Positions 1 to 9,281 of a stretch of DNA of 64,000 nt are shown in pieces. A program made the translations under genes and the position numbers. This DNA is from Steroidobacteraceae bacterium. GTDB taxonomy: Bacteria; Pseudomonadota; Gammaproteobacteria; Steroidobacterales; Steroidobacteraceae. The stretch's first letter is position 1, and each line of letters starts with the position of its first letter. The stretch is from assembly GCA_052143815.1 (NCBI GenBank), contig JBKQSA010000103.1, positions 53,763 to 117,762 on the forward strand. Direction: 5' to 3'. Under the pieces are notes generated by a model that searched no databases, was not told the DNA's origin, and saw nothing but the letters and a program-made list of their open reading frames with translations.

Positions 1-45
1 ACGGCGGAAGCCGTTGAAATTCATTCGCAACAATGGCGCATCGAA

Positions 46-708
46 TCAAATTTTCAGCATGCGCTCCACCATCAGCACGATGTGGCGTGTGAGCGTTGCA
101 TCGCTGACTTGTCTTCCGCCGGCGGAACGATGGACGGATCTCAGCTTGATGATCCCATAGATGGCCGAGAACACCATCTGCGCCACCCTGATGGCGGGTA
201 TCGTCTCGAGGATGTCGGAATTCGTGCTCTTGACCATTTCCGCGGTGAACCGGACGGAATCCACAGTGGTTCGATCGGTCGAAGAACGGACGACGCGGCT
301 GAAGGTAGCGGCTTTGTCGAGTTCCTGCCATTCCCTGTCCAATACCTTCATCTCGGGCAGGTCGCTCAAAAACAATTCCGCCACGTTCACGATGTATTGC
401 CGGAATCTTTGTTTCGGGGTTCCATCGTGCAGGCTGGAGCTCAAGACACGTTTGATGATCTTTCCGACCGCACGATCGAACACTTCGTCTTGGAGATCCT
501 CTTTTCTCGCAAAATGCGAACTCAGCGTCGATAGCGGAATCTTGCACGTCGCGGCGACGTCCCGCAGGGCGACGCCGCGGAAGCCGCGCTCGCCGAACAA
601 CCGGGTCGCTTCGTTGAGGATTTTTTCACGGACATCGGCGCGTGCGATCTTCCCTCTGCTCGTCATCTGGTTCCCCGGGGCCTGCTTCATGCGAGAATTA
701 TGCCGCAT
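46..708 (-). CDS. TetR/AcrR-family transcriptional regulator
   Basis: ORF 46..834 contains a TetR-type HTH (REKILNEATRLFGERGFRGVALRDVAATCKIPLSTLSSHF). The longest ORF would overlap the LysR gene that ends at 770, so an internal Met is the likely start (708; alternatives 690 or 666). Confidence 0.8.
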   Translation of the reverse strand: MRHNSRMKQAPGNQMTSRGKIARADVREKILNEATRLFGERGFRGVALRDVAATCKIPLSTLSSHFARKEDLQDEVFDRAVGKIIKRVLSSSLHDGTPKQRFRQYIVNVAELFLSDLPEMKVLDREWQELDKAATFSRVVRSSTDRTTVDSVRFTAEMVKSTNSDILETIPAIRVAQMVFSAIYGIIKLRSVHRSAGGRQVSDATLTRHIVLMVERMLKI

Positions 709-769
709 GGATGCTCTCGCCGTCCGTTTTCGCAGCGGGGCGCCGCCATCGCCGCGTGGACTTGGCGGG

Positions 770-1768
770 TCATGCGGCCGCGAACCGTTTGATGAAATCT
801 TTTCGTACCGTGGCAGGGGCCTGCGGCGCTCCACCGCGGAACTCTTCGATCAAATAGTCCACCAGCACCCGGACCTTCGGGGCGAGATATTCCCGGTGCG
901 GATAATGGATGAACATCCGGTCGTCCGTCGGGTGCAGCGGCTGCACGCGATACTCGGGCAGCACGATCTTCAAACGTCCCGCTTCGAGAAATGACTGGAC
1001 TGCGGGCAAGGACGACGGCGCTATGCCATATCCGTGCACCGCCGCGATGAGGCTCATGTCATTTTGTGCCGCCACCGTCAGGCGCCCCTTGGGTTCTATG
1101 TCGAAGGCTTCCGTCCGTTTGCGCGTCGCCGGCTTTTGCGGCCGCCGATCGCGGATCAACCGCCAGTGCGCCGGCAGTCCCGTCGGCAGCCGGATGCCGA
1201 TACAGTCGTGCCGTGAGAGGTCGTCCACCGTGCGAGGAACCCCGCACTGCGACAGGTACTCGGGGCTCGCAACCAGATGGATCGGATACGCGCACAGCGG
1301 TCGCGACACGACACTCGTCTCGCGTCCGTGGCCGTGACGCAACTCCACGTCGAATCCCCGTCCCACCAGGTCCGTGGGGTTGTCGGTAAATTCGATCTCC
1401 AGGTCGATTTCGGGATATCGTTGCAAAAACCTACGCATCCGCGGCATGAGGCAGTGCCGGCCGAAAGTCGCCCCCACGGAGACGCGGACGAGTCCGCTGG
1501 GTGCGCTCCGGGCGCAACGCATCTCCTCGATTGCCGCGGACATGCCGTCGAAAAGGGGGGTGATGCGTTCGTAGAATTCGCGGCCTTCCCCGGTCAGGTG
1601 CAATTGCCGGGTGGTCCGGTTGAAAAGGCGCACGCCGAGTTCGCGCTCGAGTCGTGCAACACTCTTGCTGACCGCCGGTGGCGTAATTCCGAGGTGGGCA
1701 GCGGCTGCTGAAAAGCTGCCCCGCTTCACTATCTGGACGAAGGGCGCGAGGCTCTGGACGTGGAACAC
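770..1768 (-). CDS. LysR-family transcriptional regulator
   Basis: N-terminal LysR HTH (FVQIVKRGSFSAAAAHLGITPPAVSKSVARLERELGVRLFNRTTRQLHLTGEG) followed by a substrate-binding domain of about 200 aa. GTG start. Confidence 0.9.
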   Translation of the reverse strand: MFHVQSLAPFVQIVKRGSFSAAAAHLGITPPAVSKSVARLERELGVRLFNRTTRQLHLTGEGREFYERITPLFDGMSAAIEEMRCARSAPSGLVRVSVGATFGRHCLMPRMRRFLQRYPEIDLEIEFTDNPTDLVGRGFDVELRHGHGRETSVVSRPLCAYPIHLVASPEYLSQCGVPRTVDDLSRHDCIGIRLPTGLPAHWRLIRDRRPQKPATRKRTEAFDIEPKGRLTVAAQNDMSLIAAVHGYGIAPSSLPAVQSFLEAGRLKIVLPEYRVQPLHPTDDRMFIHYPHREYLAPKVRVLVDYLIEEFRGGAPQAPATVRKDFIKRFAAA

Positions 1769-1783
1769 GACGCAACTCCTATT

Positions 1784-1800
1784 GATGACAAAATGTCATC
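1784..1800. promoter_or_regulatory. Perfect inverted repeat GATGACA-AAA-TGTCATC, a candidate LysR box
   Basis: Read directly. Lies about 15 nt upstream of the LysR start, inside ATTGATGACAAAATGTCATCTAAT, which has a T-N11-A-like layout. Confidence 0.45.
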
Positions 1801-1912
1801 TAATTATATACCGTAGGTAACCACCCCGGGGGCTGAGGGCCGATTACAATCAGGGGGAGTGGACCTAGAACGGGGGAACGCATGAACCATCAATCAGGCG
1901 GCGGCTGTTGGA

Positions 1913-2605
1913 ATGGACCGAATGGACGACGCGCGGTCGGTCCGCCGAGCTGCGCAGACAGGCACACTACAAAACATGATCGCCTACATCGGCGACCTCA
2001 TCGCCGAGCGGCGGGCCCATCCGGGGGACGACCTGATGACGGCGGTGGTCACCGCACAAATCGATGGCAGGCCGCTTCGTGAGGAGGACATCACCAGCAT
2101 GATGCTCGTGATCCTGTTCGGCGGCCTAGACACCGTTGCCTCCGCGATGACCTTCACGGCGCATTTTCTTGCAGGGCATCCGGAACATCGCCGGCAGCTC
2201 GCGGGAGACCCCAAGATCATTCCGCATGCCACCGATGAGCTCATGCGCCGCTTCGGAGTTTCCGCCACCGCGCGCACGTTGACCCGGGATTTCGATTACA
2301 AGGTCATACATTTCAAGAGGGGCGACAAGGTGGTCCTGCCGCCGCTGCTTTATGGCCTCGACGACCGCAAGTTCGAGCACCCCCTCGAGGTCGATTTCAG
2401 CCGCAAGAACGTGATTCATGCCGCTTTCGGTGCCGGCCCCCACCGCTGTCCAGGATCGTTCCTGGCCCGCACCGAGATGAAGATGTTCCTCGAGGAGTGG
2501 CTGACTGTGATTCCCGAGTTTGAAATCGATCCCGACGGTGCCTCCGTGTTCAGTCCGGGCGTGGTCAACTGCATCAGTCACCTTCCCCTGCGGTGGCCGC
2601 ATTGA
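1913..2605 (+). pseudogene. Cytochrome P450, C-terminal half only (N-terminally truncated)
   Basis: Carries the I-helix (LFGGLDTVA), ExxR (ELMRRF) and haem loop (FGAGPHRCPGSFLA). Only 230 aa are present, and only about 140 nt separate it from the divergent LysR gene, so roughly 170-200 N-terminal residues cannot be encoded. Confidence 0.75.
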
Positions 2606-3404
2606 CCGAGGGAATCTTCAGCCAGCTGTTTTCGATCGTCGGCAAGATAGCCGTGGTTACCGACAGCGGTGCCAACTCGAGCACGAACGTGGCGCCGCTG
2701 CTGGCGGCCGCAGGGGCCTCCGTGGTCATCGCGGACAAGACGTCCGCCACACGCAGACGCTCGTCGATGAAATCGTCGCTGCGGGGGGCCGAGCGCTCGG
2801 CATCTCCACCGATGTGGAGTCGGAGTCGTCGGTCGTCACGCTGTTCGACCAGGTGCGGACCACCTGGGGAAGCCCGGACATCGTGGTTAACTGTGCCGCG
2901 ATGACGAACAACGGCCCCCTGGTCGACGTCACGGGCGCGGACTGGGACGAGGTGCTCTCCGTGAATCTCAAATCCGTATTCTTTTGCGTGCGTGAGGCGG
3001 TCAAGCGCATGGTGGCCGCCGGCCGCGGCGGGCGCATCGTCAACGTGACGACGATGGGCGCACTGCACCCCGTGCTCGAGGGAAATGGCGCCTATGGCGC
3101 GGCGCGATCGGGGGTGACAGGCCTGATGCGGTCCGCGGCCATGGACTACGCACGGCAGGGAATCCTCGTCAACTGCGTCCTGCCTGGCGCGGTTCCCGGC
3201 AAGGTGCGTTTTCACCCGCCGCTGCAGGCACGGCTCGCGCACGGCTCGCTGAAGGGCCCGGGTTCCGATGCCGAACGGCGACTGCCCCTGGGCTATGGTA
3301 GAGCGAAGGACATCGCCGCCGCCGTGCTCTATCTGGTCGGCCCGTCGGGCGGTTACATCACCGGCCAGTCAATCGTGCTGGACGGTGGTTTTCTGGTCAG
3401 CTGA
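2593..3404 (+). pseudogene. Short-chain dehydrogenase/reductase, apparently frameshifted and motif-degenerate
   Basis: The N-terminus (GKIAVVTDSGANSS...GASVVIAD) lies in the frame of ORF 2593..2904. The rest (LVDEIVAAGGRALGISTDV ... ITGQSIVLDGGFLVS) lies in the frame of ORF 2520..3404. The switch falls near 2735-2745. TGxxxGxG is degraded to TDSGANSS and YxxxK to YGAAR. Confidence 0.55.
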
Positions 3405-3417
3405 AGGCAGTCCTCCG

Positions 3418-3942
3418 ATGAAAGCAACGCAACTCGGCCGCTGCGGCTTGAAGCATAAGCCGGTCGTGGAACAGCCCGAATACAATCTTCTGGACCGGTT
3501 CCGCGTCGAGCGTGAATATCCGCGACTATGCCAGGAATCCGGGATAGGCCTTGCCGTGTGGAGTCCGTTGGCGGGCGGTCTGTTGAGTGGGAAATATCTG
3601 GACGGCGTTCCCGCCGGTTCCCGCGCGGCGGCAATGGCCGGTCTGCCTCAGCTGGGTCGACCGCTGATCGACCGCCGCAGAAACGGTATCGTCGCCCAAT
3701 TGAAAGGCCTCGCCGATGAACTGGGGGCTCCGCTCGCGCAACTGGCCCTGGCGTGGTGCACTCTGAATCCCCACGTGAGCACGCTCATCATCGGCGCCTC
3801 CCGCCTGGAGCAGATTGTCGAGAACGTGAAGGCGTTCGATTTGGCGGCCAAGCTGACGCCGGACGTTCGCCAACGCATCGAGCGGACGGTGGGCGACTAC
3901 AGCGAGTCCTGGGTGGGCAACTCGCCGTGGCATTACGACTGA
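3418..3942 (+). pseudogene. Aldo/keto reductase remnant with an in-frame internal deletion
   Basis: The AKR N-terminus MKATQLGRCGL is joined directly to the C-terminal half (VVEQPEYNLLDR...GIGLAVWSPLAGGLLSGKY...LIIGASRLEQIVENV). The region that normally carries the D/Y/K/H catalytic tetrad is absent. Confidence 0.65.
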
Positions 3943-3993
3943 CCGGCCGTACCTTGCGGATGGCCAAACCCAATACTCCAAATAGAAGGCATT

Positions 3994-4800
3994 ATGATCG
4001 ACCAAAACAGGATTGGAACCCGGCTCGCCGGCATCTTCGAATTGACCGACCGGGTGGCAATCGTCACCGGGTCGGCCCAGGGACTCGGTCGCGATACCGC
4101 CTGGCTGCTGGCTGAGGTTGGGGCGAGGACCGTGATCGCCGATTTCAACGTTGAGGGCGCAAAAGCGGTGGCGACGCAGATAGAGACGGCCGGCGGCATC
4201 GCGTTCCCGTGCCACGTGGATCTTTCGAGCGAGGAATCGATCAAACGGATGTTCGAGGCCGTGGACGGTCAGTTCGGCTGTGTGGATGTCCTTGTGAACA
4301 ACGTGGCGGATCGTTCCAAGGCGGAATTCTTTGACATGACGGTAGCCGAGTGGGATCGCATGTTCAACGTCACGGCCCGCGGGACATTCCTGTGTTGCCG
4401 CGAAGCGGTCACGCGCATGCGGCGCGGCGGCCGGGGAGGGTCCATCGTCAACATCTCCACAGTTGGCGCGGTTCGCACGACGCTCTGGGGTGTGAACGCG
4501 CATTACGACGCGGCAAAGTCGGCCGTCGACAGCCTCACACGCACGCTCGGCGGTGAGTTCGCTTCGGAGGGAATTAGGGTCAATTCGGTGCTTCCCGGCG
4601 GCATGGCGAGCGAGGGTGCACGGAATATCAGCGCCGCGTTCAAGATCCGCGGTCCCATGATCGGTCCCGGCCGGATTCCCATGGGGCGCATCGCCGACCC
4701 GAAGGAGGTCGCCCAGGCGGTGCTTTTCTTCGCCAGTCCCGCTTCCCGTTACATTACGGGGCAATTGTTGGGGGTCGACGGCGGCTTCATGGTGAGCTGA
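3994..4800 (+). CDS. Short-chain dehydrogenase/reductase (intact)
   Basis: TGSAQGLG nucleotide-binding motif, NNVA, catalytic YDAAK, and the C-terminal ITGQLLGVDGGFMVS. Confidence 0.9.
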   Translation: MIDQNRIGTRLAGIFELTDRVAIVTGSAQGLGRDTAWLLAEVGARTVIADFNVEGAKAVATQIETAGGIAFPCHVDLSSEESIKRMFEAVDGQFGCVDVLVNNVADRSKAEFFDMTVAEWDRMFNVTARGTFLCCREAVTRMRRGGRGGSIVNISTVGAVRTTLWGVNAHYDAAKSAVDSLTRTLGGEFASEGIRVNSVLPGGMASEGARNISAAFKIRGPMIGPGRIPMGRIADPKEVAQAVLFFASPASRYITGQLLGVDGGFMVS

Positions 4801-5074
4801 CGAATGCCCTGAGCAACGAATGTGGCGCGTGTCAATTTGACCACGCAAGAATTGGTCATTTTTGATAGCGTCCTCTATTTGTTACTGAATTAGCCCCTAG
4901 CTAACTCACATCGCGCTTGACCAGAGGATCCGGAGCCAGTTTACTTCCACTTTCCGGTCTTCCCGGTCTTCTCTCAGGCTACCGGCTCACCGATTGGCCA
5001 CCAAGCAGGGGACCTTAAGCGCTTGTCTGTATTCGATCCGCCTATTGCGGATATTCACTCTTCGGAGGCCGCAA

Positions 5075-6262
5075 ATGTTGAAAGAACGTGACGTGATGGT
5101 ACTCGGCGCTGGGCGCTCGGCGATCGGGACCTTTGGTGGCGGCCTGTCAGAGATCGAACCGGCTGAGCTGGCTGGGTCCGTGATGAAGGCGGTCCTTCAG
5201 CGGTCAGGGGTCGACCCTGCCTTGATCAACTACGTAGTGGTTGGGAACACGATTCCGACAGAAGGCCGGTTCCCGTACGTGGCCCGCGTTGCCTCAATCC
5301 AGGCCGGGTTGCCGATGCAATCCGTCGCAATGTCGGTGAACCGCCTATGTTCCTCCGGGCTTCAGGCAATAGTAACAACCGCTCAAAATATTCTACTCGG
5401 GGATTGCGACTATGGCATCGGCGGTGGCGTCGAGGTGATGAGTCGGGGAGCCTATTTGTCGGCGGCGATTCGCACAGGCGCTCGCATGGGTGATACCAAA
5501 CTCGTCGATATGATGGTCGCGACTCTAACGGACCCGTTTGGCGTGGGTCACATGGGTATCACGGCCGAGAATTTGGTTGCCAAGTGGGGCATTTCCCGCG
5601 AGGAACAGGATGCCTTGGCGTTTGAGTCCCACCGTCGCGCTGGCGCAGCCATTGCGGAAGGCCGATTTAAGTCGCAGATTGTCCCTATCGTCAAGCACAC
5701 AAAGAATGGCGACGTGGTGTTCGATACTGACGAACACGTGAGGGCGGACACATCACTAGAGGTGCTCGGGAAGATGAAACCGGCGTTCAAGAAAGACGGC
5801 ACGGTAACCGCCGGAAACGCCTCAGGCATCAATGATGGAGCCGCATTCTTGGTTCTCGGCAATTCAGCGTCCGCTACAGCAGCAGGCTACAAATCGATCG
5901 CCCGGCTCGTGTCGTACGCCGTTGCCGGAGTTCCCAACGAGATCATGGGTGAGGGTCCGATACCAGCCTCTAAGTTGGCGCTCGAAAAGGCCGGGCTGGC
6001 GCTGGACCAGATGGACGTCGTGGAAAGCAACGAAGCGTTCGCCGCTCAGGCAATTGCCGTAGCCCGTGGCTTGGGGCTCGATATGGCGAAGACCAATCCC
6101 AATGGCGGCGCCATCGCATTGGGCCACCCCATTGGCTGTTCTGGTGCTGCCCTTGCCATCAAAGCCATCTATGAGTTGCATCGCATCGGTGGACGCTATG
6201 CACTGGTCACGATGTGCATCGGGGGCGGACAAGGTATCGCGGCCATTTTTGAAAACACCTGA
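5075..6262 (+). CDS. Acetyl-CoA C-acetyltransferase (thiolase II family)
   Basis: VNRLCSSGLQAI (nucleophilic Cys), NGGAIALGHPIGCSGA and CIGGGQGIA. The ATG at 5075 is preceded by GGAGG. The upstream part of ORF 4994.. is not thiolase-like. Confidence 0.92.
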   Translation: MLKERDVMVLGAGRSAIGTFGGGLSEIEPAELAGSVMKAVLQRSGVDPALINYVVVGNTIPTEGRFPYVARVASIQAGLPMQSVAMSVNRLCSSGLQAIVTTAQNILLGDCDYGIGGGVEVMSRGAYLSAAIRTGARMGDTKLVDMMVATLTDPFGVGHMGITAENLVAKWGISREEQDALAFESHRRAGAAIAEGRFKSQIVPIVKHTKNGDVVFDTDEHVRADTSLEVLGKMKPAFKKDGTVTAGNASGINDGAAFLVLGNSASATAAGYKSIARLVSYAVAGVPNEIMGEGPIPASKLALEKAGLALDQMDVVESNEAFAAQAIAVARGLGLDMAKTNPNGGAIALGHPIGCSGAALAIKAIYELHRIGGRYALVTMCIGGGQGIAAIFENT

Positions 6263-6614
6263 CGATCGAAAGCGGAACTCGCAATTTTCGTGCGTCAGAC
6301 GACGCGAAGACTAACTTGCCCGACGCCTCCACACCTAGCGCTGAGTTTCGCCGTTCGTTGAACCCAACGTGAACCGGCCAGCCGAAGGTGGCGCCGGGCC
6401 ACGGGCCACGACATGCATCATGATGCGGTTCCGAATATGCGCATGGAACTTCGCCGGCGCGTGGAATGATATTGCACGTGAAAGGGCATCTGCCCCGCGA
6501 GCAGGCGGACCGGCAAGCACCGTGGGCACCGAATCGCGTTCGCTCGGGCCGGCTTCGGAATTGCCGTCGTTCGGGTTATTCTTGTTCCTTAAAAGTTGGC
6601 AATTGGAGCGCTGG

Positions 6615-7712
6615 ATGTCCGAAGATAGCTCGAACCTGGTCGCGCTGCGACCGGCGAATTCACCCAATAGCTTCGATTTGCGACGCGTGGGTGCGCATCC
6701 GGATTACTGGTATCCGGTGGCTTGGTCCGACGAATTGAAGGTGGGCCGGGCGCTTGGACGCCGCTTCGCCGGCGAGCCGATCGTGATTTATCGCGGCAAG
6801 AAGGGTCAGGTGTTTGCGCTCGAGGACCGGTGTGCGCATCGGCAGGTGCCGCTGCACTTAGGCGTGGTGACCGGCGATGAGCTCAAGTGTCATTATCACG
6901 GTTGGACCTATAACTGCAGCGGCAAATGCGTGGGCGTACCGTATCTCGGTACCGATCGGCTGCCCAACGGAGTCAAGAGCTATCCCGCACGTGAAGTGGA
7001 TGGTCTGATCTTCGTGTTTCCGGGCGACGCCGCTTTGGCGGAGAGCCGCTTGCCGACGGCGCTGGGCTCGTCGCAGCGCGAGGACTACAAGACTCGACGG
7101 CTCAACCGCGAGGTGGCTTGCCACTATACGTTCATGCACGAGAATCTCTTCGATATGAACCACCAGTTCATGCACCGCAAGCATATGGGTTCGATCAAGG
7201 CGCGGTGCCTCGGAAGAAGCCACGGCGAGAACTGGGCGCAGGTGGAATACAGTTTCGCCCGCTCCGAGGGTAAACAGTCGGTGGGCGAACACGTCATCGT
7301 CGATCTGATGCGCAAGCGCGGTGAACCGAAAAAAGACTTCTCCGACCACATGCGCATTCGCACTGACTATCCGACGCAGAGCCTCAAAGTGTGGGTGGGC
7401 CGGGACATCAAGACAACGGATGAACCGGTGTTGGACGTGTGGCTCGGATATACGCCGTTGGATGCCGCGCAGCGGACCAATCGAACGTATGGGTATCTGT
7501 CGGTCAAGAAACCGCGGATGCCTGGAATCATTCACGCCGTCTGGCCGCTCGTGACCTGGTTCACCGAGAACATTTTCCGCGAGGACAAGGAAATCGTGGA
7601 ATACGAACAGCAGGCGTATGAGGCTCAGGGCACTGATTGGAACAACGAAGTGTTTCCGCCGCTGCATGATCTGCGCACGGTGCTGGCGCGTTGCGGGCGA
7701 CCGATGACGTAG
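6615..7712 (+). CDS. Rieske [2Fe-2S] non-haem-iron oxygenase, VanA/PaO-like
   Basis: Rieske motif CAHRQVPLHLGVVTGDELKCHYHGW and iron motif HENLFDMNHQFMH. The ATG at 6615 follows GGAG. The upstream extension of ORF 6369.. is low-complexity. Confidence 0.85.
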   Translation: MSEDSSNLVALRPANSPNSFDLRRVGAHPDYWYPVAWSDELKVGRALGRRFAGEPIVIYRGKKGQVFALEDRCAHRQVPLHLGVVTGDELKCHYHGWTYNCSGKCVGVPYLGTDRLPNGVKSYPAREVDGLIFVFPGDAALAESRLPTALGSSQREDYKTRRLNREVACHYTFMHENLFDMNHQFMHRKHMGSIKARCLGRSHGENWAQVEYSFARSEGKQSVGEHVIVDLMRKRGEPKKDFSDHMRIRTDYPTQSLKVWVGRDIKTTDEPVLDVWLGYTPLDAAQRTNRTYGYLSVKKPRMPGIIHAVWPLVTWFTENIFREDKEIVEYEQQAYEAQGTDWNNEVFPPLHDLRTVLARCGRPMT

Positions 7713-7797
7713 GTCTGGGCGTTGCAGGCGCGAATAAATCTGACATCGAACCGTATCGCGCAACTGTTAAAGTGGCGCCCCTGTTCGAGGAGTCAAG

Positions 7798-9129
7798 ATG
7801 CGTCCAGTGCAGCGACAATATGGCCGGTTGATTGCGCGCGCGCTGCATGTTCTCGTCTGTGTCGCCGCGAGCATGGTCGTTGCATTGGCACGGTTGGATG
7901 CGCTGGCGGATGGCGTTCCGCCGCCCGACGCGAGCGGTGCCGAGCCCAACGTCCCGGCGGGCGGTCTGTCGGGATGGCTCAATCCATCGACGGCTCCGTT
8001 CATTCCGGTGCCGCTGATCGGGTCTGACCCAAACAGTGGCACCACACTGGGAGTCCTGCCCGTTTGGATCAAAACCGACGACGATCACGAGATCCGTCGC
8101 ATCATTGCACCCGATGTGCTCCACAATCCGTATTTTGGTTACGGCATGGACGCACGCGTGTATGCCTATTCGTCGAAGGACGCGCAGTGGTCGATCGACG
8201 CGGGCATTAAAGAGCGTGTCGAGCGCGACGTCGACGCCGAGTATCAGATCGGGCGCCTGCGGGAGCAGCTCTGGTCCATGAATTACAGTCTGATCTTCGA
8301 CCGTAGCGGTACGCCGCGTTTCTACGGCGTCGGGAACGAGTCGCCCATGATCAATGAGACCAACTACACCAACACCCAGGAATTGGGCCAGGTGCAGGTC
8401 GGCCTGAATCTTACCCATCTCTGGCAGATTCTTTATACCGGACGTTTTCGATCCGACGACGTGACGCCGGGCACCTTGGAAGGCATCGCGTCCATCGAGT
8501 CCCGATTCGGCCGCATCTTGGGCGTCGGTACCAACAACCAGTTGCTCAACCGCCTCTCGATCATTTACGACACCCGGGACGACTTGGTGGTGCCAAGCCA
8601 CGGAATGGAGTGGGTTGTGTATGGCGGCGGCGCCGCTCGACGTGGAATATTGAACGAATCCATGTACAGCGAGGCCGGCTTGGACGGCCGTGATTTCTGG
8701 CCGGTTGCCGACGGCACGGTTCTCGCGGCCCACGTCGCGCTGCGCTATTTGCCCACGTCACACGAAGTACCTTTCTGGGCGCTCAGCAGTCTGGGTGGTG
8801 GTGTCAGTCAGACCGGCGGCGAACAGCCGTTGCGCGGCTACGGCGAGGGACGATTTTACGATCGGAACTCGTTTTCCACGTCTGTTGAGGTGCGTCGCAC
8901 AGTGCTGTCGTTCGATGCCGTCTCGACGCGCGTCGATGTGGAACTCGCGCCGTTCGTGGATATCGGTCGAGTATTCGCAAGAACCAACACCGATCCGTTC
9001 GAACAGCTGCATCACGTGTTCGGTATAGGATTTCGCGGCATCGCGAAGCCCTTCGTGGTCGGCAAGGTGGACATCGGCTACGGTAGTGAAGGCGTTGCCG
9101 TGTTCACCGGTCTCAATTATCCGTTCTAG
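7798..9129 (+). CDS. Omp85/BamA-TamA-family outer-membrane beta-barrel protein (short N-terminus)
   Basis: Signal-like N-terminus. Motifs seen are YDTRDDLVVPSHG, LGGGVSQTGGEQPLRGYGEGRF and FVDIGRVF, and the C-terminus GLNYPF ends in an aromatic residue. Confidence 0.65.
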   Translation: MRPVQRQYGRLIARALHVLVCVAASMVVALARLDALADGVPPPDASGAEPNVPAGGLSGWLNPSTAPFIPVPLIGSDPNSGTTLGVLPVWIKTDDDHEIRRIIAPDVLHNPYFGYGMDARVYAYSSKDAQWSIDAGIKERVERDVDAEYQIGRLREQLWSMNYSLIFDRSGTPRFYGVGNESPMINETNYTNTQELGQVQVGLNLTHLWQILYTGRFRSDDVTPGTLEGIASIESRFGRILGVGTNNQLLNRLSIIYDTRDDLVVPSHGMEWVVYGGGAARRGILNESMYSEAGLDGRDFWPVADGTVLAAHVALRYLPTSHEVPFWALSSLGGGVSQTGGEQPLRGYGEGRFYDRNSFSTSVEVRRTVLSFDAVSTRVDVELAPFVDIGRVFARTNTDPFEQLHHVFGIGFRGIAKPFVVGKVDIGYGSEGVAVFTGLNYPF

Positions 9130-9281
9130 CGGAACTGGGAAAATTACGCGCAGTTCGATGAGCGCGCTCGACGCGGCGAGCCGTCTGCTTCTGCGGATGA
9201 GCGACGTTTGGTGCATAATGCAATGATCTAGCCCATGTATATTGCGCCGGCTTGCTAGACCCTCGAGAGAATCACCCCACA

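Noticed and set aside
3526-4848. 440-aa ORF on the minus strand spanning the AKR remnant and the intact SDR
   Set aside because: It is antisense to genes with clear family motifs. Its translation is Arg/Gly/Ala/His-rich with no recognisable motif. This is a typical shadow ORF of GC-rich DNA.
6369-6614. 82-codon upstream extension of the Rieske oxygenase ORF
   Set aside because: The extension is Arg/Ala/Gly-rich with no oxygenase homology. A good GGAG-ATG start exists at 6615, just before the conserved N-terminus.
6858-8733. Minus-strand ORFs 6858..7763 (301 aa) and 7561..8733 (390 aa)
   Set aside because: They are antisense to the Rieske oxygenase and the Omp85-family gene. Their composition is typical of GC-rich shadow frames.
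9212-9222. Palindrome TGCAT-A-ATGCA upstream of the OYE gene
   Set aside because: It has only 5-bp arms and no cognate regulator gene adjacent, so it could easily occur by chance.
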